From a bacterium (lineage in GTDB: Bacteria > Babelota > Babeliae > Babelales > UBA12409), in NCBI GenBank assembly GCA_021823685.1, contig JAKANL010000002.1, forward strand, positions 15,553 through 79,552: a stretch of DNA of 64,000 nucleotides. Reading direction: 5' to 3'. The stretch's first letter is position 1; every line of letters starts with the position of its first letter. Made by a program: the position numbers and the translations under genes. Below the pieces are notes generated by a model. It saw only the letters and a list, made by a program, of their open reading frames with translations, was not told the DNA's origin and did no database searches. Of this stretch, positions 10,180 through 20,659 are shown piece after piece.

Positions 10180-10809
10180 GTGAACAAACATTTTCTAGCT
10201 CTTTTCCTATGCATATTCAGCGCGCACGCTTTGGCAACCGAGCACGTTCGTCCGGCAACAGCCGAAGAGCGCCATGTTCTTGTCACAGCCATCGGAAATT
10301 ATTGGCCAGACGTTATTGCGCGACAGCTTAATAACTTGGAAAAAAATAATATTAACTTCAATTTTAACCAGATTTTGAAAGAAGTGCTTTATTCGCTCGA
10401 AGACCGCCGGGCTACGAAAAGGCTCTACATCACACAAATCGCCGGAATGGTCGCTGGAGCCGCGCTCTTTGGGGCAGGATTATTTTACCTTTATCGCGGC
10501 CGCACTGAACTGGCTGAGAAGTACAATATATGGGCCATGCCATGCAAAAACTTACTTGCAGGATCATATGCTTGCGTCCTTGGTGGCCTTCTGGCAAAAG
10601 GATCAGCTGATACCGTCAATCGCATCAACAACAACGGCAGATCATGCAGCAATTTTCATGGACTTGCAGCAGCATTAAATCAAATTAAAAATTCGCCAGC
10701 ATGCTATATAAGCGATAAAGACTTCGCCAGACACTTGTTGGCCCAAATCATCCCCCTAATGCCAACAGCGGAATGGGGTGCCCTCTTTAATCTCGAATGG
10801 TCAATCTAA
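10180..10809 (+). CDS. Hypothetical signal-peptide, two-TM glycine-zipper protein (tandem family member B)
   Basis: GTG at 10180 is preceded by AGGGG, and the predicted transcription start lies only ~3 nt before the ATG at 10135. The leader is VNKHFLALFLCIFSAHALA. TM segments are ITQIAGMVAGAALFGAGLFYLY and LLAGSYACVLGGLLA. Confidence 0.55.
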   Translation: MNKHFLALFLCIFSAHALATEHVRPATAEERHVLVTAIGNYWPDVIARQLNNLEKNNINFNFNQILKEVLYSLEDRRATKRLYITQIAGMVAGAALFGAGLFYLYRGRTELAEKYNIWAMPCKNLLAGSYACVLGGLLAKGSADTVNRINNNGRSCSNFHGLAAALNQIKNSPACYISDKDFARHLLAQIIPLMPTAEWGALFNLEWSI

Positions 10810-10833
10810 CACGGTTGCTTACCAGATTTTTTG

Positions 10834-10862
10834 AAGGCTCCGGAAAATCCGGAGCCTTTTTG
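10834..10862 (+). terminator. Rho-independent terminator
   Basis: Perfect 10-bp stem AAGGCTCCGG/CCGGAGCCTT, 5-nt loop, followed by TTTTGC. Confidence 0.75.
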
Positions 10863-10925
10863 CTTGATGGCGCCAATATTCAATTGAAATATCACTTTAA
10901 TCGAAAAAAACGCCACGCAAAGCGA

Positions 10926-10953
10926 TTGTGTTCGATCGGTAAGGTGATATACT
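10926..10953 (+). promoter_or_regulatory. Candidate extended -10 promoter for the 10981 gene
   Basis: TTGTGT (10926-10931), 16-nt spacer, TGaTATACT (10945-10953). Confidence 0.45.
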
Positions 10954-10980
10954 TAAACAAAAATATTGAAAGGTTTTCCG

Positions 10981-11691
10981 ATGAACAAATTGCACACAAC
11001 CCTACTTTCGTTAGCCCTTTTAACCGTCCCATTTGTAAACGCCAATTATTACCAATGGCTCGACTGTATGCAAGAAGATAAGGTTCTTATTCGTGAAACA
11101 ACCACGATCACCTGCGGCGATAACAGCGGTAGCATGACCAGCGACCGCTATTATAACCTGCAAGATGGCTTTGAAATAGGCTTGCGCTATTCAAATGAAA
11201 TCGCAAATAAAACGCTCAATAAACTTGAAAATCAATACCGCAAAAATGGGCTCACCGCGCAGCTCGATCTCGTCGGCGCTTTGAACATCATTGAACATTC
11301 CTTGGGCGAATCGCGCAGCGGAAAAAGATGGGGCTACGTGGGCGCCGGTATTTTAGGCACTATCGCGGCAGCAGCACTTATAACCGATCCACCCTTCACA
11401 GCTGCGGTAGAACAACGGTTTAATTGGCATGGTATCGGGTTAGGGCTCGGATTTGGCATCACCAAAGATAAGGGTGGCCGTGTTATGGGTGGTATTTGTG
11501 GCGTCCTGGCAATAATAACGGCATTATATGCTCATTACAGCTTTAAGAGCACCTGCAAAGAATACGTTCAGCTTATTGACCGCCTGTTCCAATCGCCCAT
11601 TTTCACCGGCGAAAGCAAATCGCGTGCACGTATGGCATTGCCCAATATTCACCGCATCATGCACGCAAGCGCAGCGCACGTACTGGCCTAA
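10981..11691 (+). CDS. Hypothetical signal-peptide, multi-Gly-zipper membrane protein (tandem family member C)
   Basis: The leader is MNKLHTTLLSLALLTVPFVNA. Hydrophobic segments are WGYVGAGILGTIAAAALI, GIGLGLGFGI and MGGICGVLAIITALY. The stretch LNKLENQ…HSLGESRSGKRWGYVGAG aligns by eye with LNNLEKN…YSLEDRRATKRLYITQIAG in member B. Confidence 0.6.
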   Translation: MNKLHTTLLSLALLTVPFVNANYYQWLDCMQEDKVLIRETTTITCGDNSGSMTSDRYYNLQDGFEIGLRYSNEIANKTLNKLENQYRKNGLTAQLDLVGALNIIEHSLGESRSGKRWGYVGAGILGTIAAAALITDPPFTAAVEQRFNWHGIGLGLGFGITKDKGGRVMGGICGVLAIITALYAHYSFKSTCKEYVQLIDRLFQSPIFTGESKSRARMALPNIHRIMHASAAHVLA

Positions 11692-11719
11692 GATAAGTTT
11701 GGCCTAACAAAGTTTTAAC

Positions 11720-11749
11720 GAGGGCGGGATCTACCCGCCCTCATTTTTG
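11720..11749 (+). terminator. Rho-independent terminator between convergent genes
   Basis: Perfect 9-bp GC stem GAGGGCGGG/CCCGCCCTC, 5-nt loop, then ATTTTTGA. It may also stop the minus-strand herA-like transcript, but the U-tract on that side is weak. Confidence 0.7.
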
Positions 11750-11777
11750 AGATTTTGACGTCGACAGATCAAAACAA

Positions 11778-13385
11778 CTAAAAGAGTTCGTCGATAACTT
11801 GTTGCGCTTGCAGGGTATCAAGCGCCTGATGTGCGTTCATGGCCTGGTAAAAAGCTTCGTCATATTCGCGTGTTTGGACCACAACCGGCATCGGCACGGC
11901 GTGGCCCAAAAGAAGTGCCTGTTTTTTGGAATCTAAGCTCGCCAAGACGGTTCGCATATGCACCGCATTACTTGTTCCGGTGAGAACAGCGGCGATATCT
12001 TTTTCATCGTTAAGCTGGGCCACAATTTTGGTCCCAATTTGCGATAAAATTTCGCTATCAATACCTGATGGCCGCTGGTCAACAACGAGTAACGAAACAT
12101 AATATTTGCGCATTTCGCGCGCAATAACGCCAAAAATTGTCTGGCTTGCAGCTTGCGGATTCAAAAATTTATGGGCTTCCTCAATCGTTATCATGAGTTT
12201 TTGTGGCTCGTCTTGCAACCGCTGGCTTCCCAAAAATCGTTCGGTACGCGCCACATACTCTTCGTGAATACGCCGCGTAATAATATTGGCAATGAGCAGG
12301 TAACAAAAAGCTGAGTTATAATTGCCAAATTCGATAATCACGTTTATCCCGCGCGCCAAATATCCCATCAATTGATCAATAACATTCTCAAAACCCTGTG
12401 GTGTGGAGGAAAAAAACGGTAACCGTTCAACGCGCTTAATTTTGCGGTAAAGGGCCGCAATAGACTCCGGATGGGCCCCGAGCTCATTGGCAAATTCCTT
12501 AAGACGATCGCCGCTGGAAAGAAGCATGCTCAACCAGTCGTTTTTATACCGCGCCGCAATTAGGTGCGCAGCTTCCAAGGCAGTAGAGTGCAAATTAAGT
12601 TCACTTTGTAGAGAAAGAATATCCTCAACGCCAATAGCCTGGTAAGGCAACGTAATAATAACATCGGGAGCCCCCCCGCGACGCCGCGTAGACGTTGGAT
12701 CCAATGAGAAAATAACGACTTTGTCTGGAAAAAGACTTTTTAATCCCTTAACGAATGATTGGCCCGCACCTTCGCGCCGCGCTTGAATACCGTACTCACC
12801 ATGCATATCAAAAATAAGATTAACCGCCTTTTGCTGCTTGATAAGCCCGGCAAGAACAACGCGTGTTAAGAATGTTTTGCCCGTTCCGGTTTTGCCAAAA
12901 ATGCCGTTACTCCGCTCAGTTAACCGGTCAAGATCGATACACACCGGCGTTGGCATATCCAGCGGTGTCCCCACATTAAAATATCGCCGACTCGCTTCGT
13001 GTTCATCGCCAAAAATAAGCGCAATATCGGCAGCCTGAGCCGAAAAAACTGAAGAAAAATGCCCGGGGATGGTTTTAACAGGAACAATGCGCCCGTGCGC
13101 ATCAAGCATGAGCATAGGCTTGATATGCGCCGTCATATAGACATGCCGCTGTAGCAGCGAATTGCGCAGCAACGTTTCACCCTCGGTCGGCGGAAAGAGC
13201 ACGATATCAGGGTGTGTTACCTCGAGCCTCAAATCGGTAACCAGCGAAAAAAATTTATATGGTGGACATTCAACGGTTAAAAATTTACCGGTTTTGATAT
13301 GTTCAAGAGCAATTCCCGGATTAATACGAACCGTCAATCCTTCACTCAAAGAGCCGGCAACGACCGTTCCCAAAGCAGTATTCAT
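11778..13385 (-). CDS. HerA/DUF87-family (FtsK-HerA superfamily) hexameric ATPase
   Basis: 535 aa with an N-terminal barrel-like region. Walker A is GIFGKTGTGKTFL and Walker B-like is MITIEEAHKF. Its ATG lies 4 nt after the atpC stop. Confidence 0.7.
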   Translation of the reverse strand: MNTALGTVVAGSLSEGLTVRINPGIALEHIKTGKFLTVECPPYKFFSLVTDLRLEVTHPDIVLFPPTEGETLLRNSLLQRHVYMTAHIKPMLMLDAHGRIVPVKTIPGHFSSVFSAQAADIALIFGDEHEASRRYFNVGTPLDMPTPVCIDLDRLTERSNGIFGKTGTGKTFLTRVVLAGLIKQQKAVNLIFDMHGEYGIQARREGAGQSFVKGLKSLFPDKVVIFSLDPTSTRRRGGAPDVIITLPYQAIGVEDILSLQSELNLHSTALEAAHLIAARYKNDWLSMLLSSGDRLKEFANELGAHPESIAALYRKIKRVERLPFFSSTPQGFENVIDQLMGYLARGINVIIEFGNYNSAFCYLLIANIITRRIHEEYVARTERFLGSQRLQDEPQKLMITIEEAHKFLNPQAASQTIFGVIAREMRKYYVSLLVVDQRPSGIDSEILSQIGTKIVAQLNDEKDIAAVLTGTSNAVHMRTVLASLDSKKQALLLGHAVPMPVVVQTREYDEAFYQAMNAHQALDTLQAQQVIDELF

Positions 13386-13389
13386 GTCT

Positions 13390-13629
13390 TCAATCAGCCA
13401 ATAATAACGTTATACTATTGCGGGTAATATGCGCCACGCCGTTAATTATTTTGCGCGTCTCTTCTTTACCGCTGTGCAACCGATACGCAATGGTTGAAAG
13501 CGGCGTAAGCGTAACAACCATAGGCGCGTGTTCGGGTTGAATAATAAAGTTACCCACAGGGGTATTAAGCTCAATCCAGGCAATGCGCACCTCACGCTTT
13601 TCATTGGGACTGGAAATTTGTAGCATCAT
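13390..13629 (-). CDS. atpC: F1 ATP synthase epsilon subunit, beta-sandwich domain only (79 aa)
   Basis: The sequence TPVGNFIIQPEHAPMVVTLTPLSTIAYRL…INGVAHITRNSITLLLAD matches the epsilon N-domain pattern (G.fgI.pgHaP…gG…v..n.vtvLad). It sits directly downstream of atpD. Confidence 0.75.
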   Translation of the reverse strand: MMLQISSPNEKREVRIAWIELNTPVGNFIIQPEHAPMVVTLTPLSTIAYRLHSGKEETRKIINGVAHITRNSITLLLAD

Positions 13630-13633
13630 AGAT

Positions 13634-15076
<1,443 letters not shown>

Positions 15077-15213
15077 CTATACTATTCAAATTACTGAAAG
15101 CGCCGGCTATTGTAAAGGGTAGCCTCACCAGAAAAAAGCTACATTTGCAAAATTTAAATTATCGTGTTAGAAGAAAATTGGTAGTTTAACACTTTAACCG
15201 GCGGAGAGTAACG

Positions 15214-15432
15214 ATGATTTGTGGCAAACTGAGCACGATTGCTTTATTAATCAGCGCAATAGGCGCAATCAACTGGGGCTTAGTCGGAGCTATCGACATC
15301 AACTTGGTAACGTGGTTAGGCATGATGATAAAATCGCCTGATCTATTCCCTAAAATTACCTATATCATTGTCGGTATTGCAGGTATCTATTCGCTCTTTG
15401 ATGGATTTTCCTGCTTGTTCTCTTCAAAATAA
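15214..15432 (+). CDS. DUF378-family small membrane protein
   Basis: 72 aa with two TM segments. The motif IGAINWGLVGAIDINLV is typical of the family. Confidence 0.6.
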   Translation: MICGKLSTIALLISAIGAINWGLVGAIDINLVTWLGMMIKSPDLFPKITYIIVGIAGIYSLFDGFSCLFSSK

Positions 15433-15453
15433 CACATCTTTGCAATAGACATT

Positions 15454-15488
15454 GAGAGGCGGCTCTTTACGAGCCGCCTCTTGTTTGT
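15454..15488 (+). terminator. Rho-independent terminator
   Basis: Stem GAGGCGGCTC/GAGCCGCCTC (10 bp, extendable), 5-nt loop, then TTGTTTG. Confidence 0.75.
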
Positions 15489-15524
15489 AGCCACACGCAA
15501 GATATCGTGCAAGTTGCCCAAAAA

Positions 15525-16082
15525 TTACGGCCTAGGCGATTCCAAAAAATTAGCAATTTCAAGACGACGCCATCGTAACGCAAGATCGCGCGCAGTACGC
15601 CCCTTACGATCCTTTAACTCTTTTTTGGCGCCGCGGCCCACAAGCGCTTGAACTACCGCCAAATGCCCGTGACTAGCCGCCGTCATTAACGGCGTTCTAC
15701 CCTTCGCGCCAATATCATCGGGCAGGGCACCCGCATTCAAGAGATTATTTACAATAGTTTCATGCCCATACCGTGCAGCCCGATAAAGCGGCCTTCCTTC
15801 GGCAAGGTTGGCGCCTCTTCTAACAAGTTCGTTGACGACCGGCGCCTGACCACGACCCGCAGCCAAGGCCAATGCCGTCAAACCATTACGTTGAAAATTA
15901 ATGTCAACGCCTTGATTAAGCAGCTTTGCCACACCCGCTAAATCACCGCTATATGCAGCATCAAGCAAACGATCTCCGTCGCCGCTGCTCATGGCAAACA
16001 GGTTGGACAAAGCCCCAAAAAAAACAAAAAATAATGTTAATCTGAGATCATTTCCGACAAACAAAGTACCCAATTTATTCAT
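15525..16082 (-). CDS. Ankyrin-repeat protein with N-terminal hydrophobic leader
   Basis: About four ANK units are visible: GLTALALAAGRGQAPVVNELVRRGANL, RPLYRAARYGHETIVNNLLNAGA and GRTPLMTAASHGHLAVVQALVGRGA. The leader is LRLTLFFVFFGALSNLFA. Confidence 0.85.
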   Translation of the reverse strand: MNKLGTLFVGNDLRLTLFFVFFGALSNLFAMSSGDGDRLLDAAYSGDLAGVAKLLNQGVDINFQRNGLTALALAAGRGQAPVVNELVRRGANLAEGRPLYRAARYGHETIVNNLLNAGALPDDIGAKGRTPLMTAASHGHLAVVQALVGRGAKKELKDRKGRTARDLALRWRRLEIANFLESPRP

Positions 16083-16365
16083 CCCCGCCCCTTATTATGT
16101 TACTCGTTCTAAATAAGCGCCCATCAATTGATTCTACAGATTAAAGCCTATCTAAATAAATATACAATTATCAAGATTCGCCCAATGCGTAAAATGGCAA
16201 CAGGAAAACTCTTTTGTATTATCCAAAGCACTTCCCCAACATGCACTACCAACACGGCACCCCGCCACCGGAAAGACAAACTTGCAAGCTTGCCACAATA
16301 GCCCCTTGTCTGAGGCGATATTCATCGTATACTTAAGAAAAGTCTATATTCTGGGGGAATTAGGT

Positions 16366-16602
16366 ATGAATAAGCCCATTATTTTGATTATCGCGCTCTT
16401 AGCAAGCACACAACCGCTCGTAAGTGATGTGGTCATATATCGTCAATACGAAGAGTGTATTATCATTGATCAAGACGAGGAAATGCCGGCACCGACAAAA
16501 TCCTGGCAAAAAATTCAGGTTACTGATTTATCCGATCAAGCACCAATCAGCTACCGAGCTGATACGCCGGAACGGCATGTCGCCGGCAAAGAAATCAATT
16601 AG
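16366..16602 (+). CDS. Small hypothetical secreted protein
   Basis: ATG at 16366 is preceded by GGGGGA. The leader is MNKPIILIIALLASTQPLVS. No homology recognised. Confidence 0.35.
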   Translation: MNKPIILIIALLASTQPLVSDVVIYRQYEECIIIDQDEEMPAPTKSWQKIQVTDLSDQAPISYRADTPERHVAGKEIN

Positions 16603-16657
16603 CCTCTGGGCGTCAGATATTTACAAAGAAACTAGCTGCTATTTTTAGACAAAAAAT

Positions 16658-16697
16658 ACTCTCTTGGGATGGTCTTTCAACCGGAACCGAGAGAGTA
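16658..16697 (-). terminator. Rho-independent terminator for the 16741-17259 gene
   Basis: Stem ACTCTCTTGG/CCGAGAGAGT with one G-U pair. The plus-strand A6 run at 16651-16656 supplies the U-tract on the minus strand. Confidence 0.55.
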
Positions 16698-16740
16698 TCA
16701 TGTTTAAATACAGCTTTAGCGTATCAGTTACGCGACAATG

Positions 16741-17259
16741 TTATCTGCGCCTCTTTCCACACCAGTACGTTATAACCGCCTCTTTGCCTTCAGTATTAAA
16801 CAAATGTGTTAATTTTTCTTCGCCGTATTTTTCAAGATAATCTTTAATACTAAGCACCCCCACTTCTTGCATGGCTTTTTCAACGGCTTTGATGGCTGCT
16901 ATATGGGCACAATTTTTGTCCCAATTATCATCACCAGCAAACATTTTGATAATCAGCTCTTCTAAATCATGTTCGGCTTTTTTTACGAGGTTAAAACATA
17001 CCGTATGGGCGCATCTACTGTATGGAGAAAACCAAAAACCATCTGCCCCCGGCTTCTTGCATATGCCGCAACCCTCGGCTTCATACAGACCCTTCACCAT
17101 ATTCATCAAATCTGCTTTATTATTTTCAGTTACCGGAATAACACCCACCGCAACTTCTCTTGTCGCTGCAGAGTCCCGATCTTGTTTTTCCATGGCAAAT
17201 GCAACCGATGACAAAAAAAACAACGATATAGACAAGCTCTTTAAATTTAGAGAAACCAT
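16741..17259 (-). CDS. Hypothetical secreted Cys/His-containing protein
   Basis: 172 aa. The leader is LSISLFFLSSVAFA. It contains CGIC-x15-CAHTVC and a later CAH. No family recognised. Confidence 0.5.
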   Translation of the reverse strand: MVSLNLKSLSISLFFLSSVAFAMEKQDRDSAATREVAVGVIPVTENNKADLMNMVKGLYEAEGCGICKKPGADGFWFSPYSRCAHTVCFNLVKKAEHDLEELIIKMFAGDDNWDKNCAHIAAIKAVEKAMQEVGVLSIKDYLEKYGEEKLTHLFNTEGKEAVITYWCGKRRR

Positions 17260-17383
17260 AAAGTAACACCCTTCGAACTATCAACAAACATGCCAAGTAT
17301 AGGGTAAAACAAAGTAAAATCAACCAGCCCATTCAAAAAATTTGAACCAGCAAACAATTTTTATAAACAAGCTTGGCATCCAA

Positions 17384-18664
17384 TCAATTAGGCAACTTGT
17401 TTTTGTGGAAAATAAGTACCTGCAAGATACGCCGCGGACTCACTTTTTGCACCTGGAAAATATAGTCTTTATATTCGATCCGCTCACCCTTTTTAGGCAG
17501 GTGTTGTAATACCTCGGTCAGAAAGCCTGCCAATGTTACCGATTCGGCTTGAAACGTGACCCCAAGCAACGTCGCAAGTTCATCTAAACTCGTGTTTCCA
17601 TTCACGAGCCAATGCTTATCTTCCAGCGAAACAATTTTATCGTGCGGCACTTCGTGTTCGTCTTTAATTTCGCCCACAATTTCTTCAAGAACGTCTTCGA
17701 GCGTAACCAATCCGACAACAGCCCCGTGTTCATTGAGAACAATAGCCATGTGCAATTGTTCAGCACGGAAATCTTTAAGAATTTGATTTACGCGCATATT
17801 TTCAGGCACAAATAATACCGGACGTATAATCTCCCTGATCGATTTTGTGTATTCTTCGCGCTGCATCGAAGCAAAAAGATCCTTTTGATAGAGCAATCCA
17901 ATAATGTTATCTTCACGGCCTTCATAGACCGGCAAACGTGAAAACTGGCAGCGTACAAAGAGCTGCATAGCCTGCTGCACTGTCGCATCAGCCCGAATGG
18001 TTACCATGTCCGGCTCAGGTATCAAAATTTCTTTAATTTGCGTATTGCAGATGCGAAATACATTTTGCAACATGGCACTTTTTTCGCGCTCCATGAGGCC
18101 TTTTTCATTGATATATTGGATCAGAAACTTTATTTCTTTTTCCGAAGTTACCAGCTGGCTAGAGGTACCGATATTGGCGCTGGTACGATGAATAATAAAA
18201 TCACTGATCATTGAAAGCATTTTGACGATTGGATAAAGCGCGTAGTACGTAACATTAATAAGCCAAAGCGTTGAACCAATTAATTTTTCGCCATGCATTT
18301 TGGCAAAATTTTTAGGAATAATTTCACCAAAAATCAAAATCGCCAACGTCGCCACAGCAATACCAACAGAAAATCCAAGCCCCGCAGAAAGGCATAAACA
18401 CGAAAACACCCGTTGCATGATGCGCGTAATAAGCGCTGCAGCAGTCACATTAGCCAAATTGTTGGCAATGAGCATCGTAATCAAAATACGATCGGGTTGT
18501 TTTTCAAGTATGGCAAGCAAACGGGCATAACGCGGCGTTGATTGTGCAAGCTCGCGAATTTTAAAAAAACGAACCGCAGTAATGGTTGTTTCCAAATACG
18601 AAAACAACGCGGTAGCCATTAATGCAATGCAAAAAACAATTAATTCATTAATTAATAAACTCAT
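17384..18664 (-). CDS. CNNM/DUF21-CBS-CorC_HlyC family membrane protein (TlyC/CorB-like)
   Basis: 426 aa with an N-terminal 4-TM DUF21-like region, a tandem CBS region and a C-terminal transporter-associated domain (VNGNTSLDELATLLGV…EYKDYIFQVQKV). AAGGGAGA lies upstream of the ATG, 21 nt after the rpoD stop. Confidence 0.8.
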   Translation of the reverse strand: MSLLINELIVFCIALMATALFSYLETTITAVRFFKIRELAQSTPRYARLLAILEKQPDRILITMLIANNLANVTAAALITRIMQRVFSCLCLSAGLGFSVGIAVATLAILIFGEIIPKNFAKMHGEKLIGSTLWLINVTYYALYPIVKMLSMISDFIIHRTSANIGTSSQLVTSEKEIKFLIQYINEKGLMEREKSAMLQNVFRICNTQIKEILIPEPDMVTIRADATVQQAMQLFVRCQFSRLPVYEGREDNIIGLLYQKDLFASMQREEYTKSIREIIRPVLFVPENMRVNQILKDFRAEQLHMAIVLNEHGAVVGLVTLEDVLEEIVGEIKDEHEVPHDKIVSLEDKHWLVNGNTSLDELATLLGVTFQAESVTLAGFLTEVLQHLPKKGERIEYKDYIFQVQKVSPRRILQVLIFHKNKLPN

Positions 18665-18685
18665 AAATGCTCAAATCTCCCTTCA

Positions 18686-20659
18686 TTACTCTTGCGTATC
18701 GGTTTCTTCTTCGGTAGCCGTACTATACTCCCGCTCTTTTTCAAAAAATGCCGCCAACTTCTTGGCGCGCGATGGGTGCCGCAACTTACGCAACGCCTTC
18801 ACTTCAATTTGACGAATACGTTCGCGCGTAACCGAAAAATCTTTGCCCACTTCTTCCAAAGTATGTTCAGAAGCAACGTCAATACCAAAGCGCATTTTGA
18901 GCACTTTTTCTTCGCGTGGCGTTAGGCTTTTGAGCACTTCGCGCACACGTTCTTTGAGATCGTTGCTGGCCACCGATTCAGCCGGGGAAAAATCATGCTC
19001 ACTTTCAATGAAATCTTTAATCGAGGCATCTTCACCTTCGCCAACCGGCGTTTCCAATGAAATAGGCTCTTTTGAAATTTTGATAATGTTCTTAATCTTC
19101 TTTTCATCAAGATTAAGTTCTTTGGCCAATTCAGCATGCGTTGGCTCGCGGCCATGCTCTTGTAAAAACGTATGCTTAATTTTATTAATTTTATTAAGCG
19201 TTTCTACCATATGCACGGGTACTCGAATAGTACGCGATTGATCCGCTATAGCACGCGTTATTGCCTGTCTAATCCACCACGTTGCATACGTAGAAAATTT
19301 ATAACCACGTTCAAACTCAAATTTTTCGACGGCTTTGAGGAGGCCAATATTACCCTCTTGAATCAAGTCCAAGAAATGCAGGCCACGATTGACATACTTT
19401 TTGGCAATATTTACGACCAAACGCAGGTTGGCTCGCGCCAAATCATCTTTTGCCTCTTTATCAGTTGTCTGTCCACGCGTGAATTGTGCAAAAGCTTTTT
19501 GTGTCGCAGATTTTGACAAGCCAAGCTCACTTTCAATATTTCTGATTGTCTTGGTCGCCATACGAATGTTTTTGTCGATCTCCTCGGCCTCATGAACATG
19601 CGCTTTTTTGCTGCTGATACGCTTCAGTTCATGGTGCCACTGCTTAATTTGATGTTCTTTTTCATCTATCTTTTGCAAATTCTTTTCAATTCGTCGGCCA
19701 ATTTTTCTAATAAATTTATTGGATAAACGAATAGATTTAATAACATCCTGTACCGCAATTTTATTCTGACGAACCTTATCAAACATTTCTTTCTTTTTTG
19801 CGTCCGTCGTTAATTTACCTTTGTAGCTGTAATAAATAGCAGCTTCATTTTCGATTAACGCCTTCATCTTGGCAATTGTTTGAAGAGTTTTTTTCTTTTC
19901 TTCCTCAAGATTGGGCAAATTTTCTTCGTCGTACTGCGTGAACTGGATAAAATCTTTAAGCGGCAAAACGTCGCGCTGTAAACGCTCGCCAATCGATATT
20001 AATTCTTTGCCGATAAATGGAAATTGCACGATTGCATCAATCGATTCGCGCTTGCCCTGCGCAATCTTATTGGCGATAATCTGTTCAGTTTTTTTGTTAA
20101 GTAAGGGAATTTTGCCAATGTCACGCAAAAACGCTTTAACGCCATCAACAACCTGTGATGGCTCGTTACGGACAACGTCTTCGTCGGCAACAGCATCTTC
20201 GTCAATTTCTGCCTTTTCACCATGCAGCGAAAGCGAATTTTCGAGCGACTGCCCCAATTTATGTAAAGGTGGCGTAGTACTGACATCTTCAGCCCCTTCC
20301 ATGGTTGTATCAGTATCAAGCTCATCGGCCATTACCAGCTCTATATGCGCCTGTTCTAGCTGTTTCATCAGATCGCTCATCTGCTTTTCCGATAAAACGT
20401 GATCTTCTCCAAAAGCGATAACTTGCTCATACGCCAAAATACCGCCGCTTTTTTTCCCCATTTCAATGAGCGTTTCTATATCTTTAGGCAAATCAACAAT
20501 ATCAGCAGCTATCTTAACTTTTTCAACCAGCTCATCTTTTTTTAATTCTTTTTTTGCCGGCCGTGCTGATTGCGCCGGTTTAGCTCGCTTTACCGGTTTT
20601 GACGGTTTACTCTTTTTAAAGAATTGGGCAATTCTTTTAATTGGTGATTTTGCCATCAA
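18686..20659 (-). CDS. rpoD: Primary RNA polymerase sigma factor RpoD with a Lys-rich N-terminal extension
   Basis: Motifs [31 protein letters not shown] and [22 protein letters not shown] are present. Confidence 0.95.
   Translation of the reverse strand: MMAKSPIKRIAQFFKKSKPSKPVKRAKPAQSARPAKKELKKDELVEKVKIAADIVDLPKDIETLIEMGKKSGGILAYEQVIAFGEDHVLSEKQMSDLMKQLEQAHIELVMADELDTDTTMEGAEDVSTTPPLHKLGQSLENSLSLHGEKAEIDEDAVADEDVVRNEPSQVVDGVKAFLRDIGKIPLLNKKTEQIIANKIAQGKRESIDAIVQFPFIGKELISIGERLQRDVLPLKDFIQFTQYDEENLPNLEEEKKKTLQTIAKMKALIENEAAIYYSYKGKLTTDAKKKEMFDKVRQNKIAVQDVIKSIRLSNKFIRKIGRRIEKNLQKIDEKEHQIKQWHHELKRISSKKAHVHEAEEIDKNIRMATKTIRNIESELGLSKSATQKAFAQFTRGQTTDKEAKDDLARANLRLVVNIAKKYVNRGLHFLDLIQEGNIGLLKAVEKFEFERGYKFSTYATWWIRQAITRAIADQSRTIRVPVHMVETLNKINKIKHTFLQEHGREPTHAELAKELNLDEKKIKNIIKISKEPISLETPVGEGEDASIKDFIESEHDFSPAESVASNDLKERVREVLKSLTPREEKVLKMRFGIDVASEHTLEEVGKDFSVTRERIRQIEVKALRKLRHPSRAKKLAAFFEKEREYSTATEEETDTQE

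Noticed and set aside
11692-11777. Search for a NurA-like or other effector partner next to the HerA-like ATPase
   Set aside because: The downstream space holds only a hairpin terminator and then a convergent membrane-protein gene. No small ORF with nuclease motifs was found. The absence is reported as part of the HerA finding.
16741-17259. Possible second RING-like finger (CGIC-x15-CAHTVC … CAH) in the secreted 172-aa protein
   Set aside because: Only about half of a cross-brace ligand set is present, and the C-x2-C pairs in positions 5-8 are missing. Evidence is insufficient to call a RING or any defined zinc finger.
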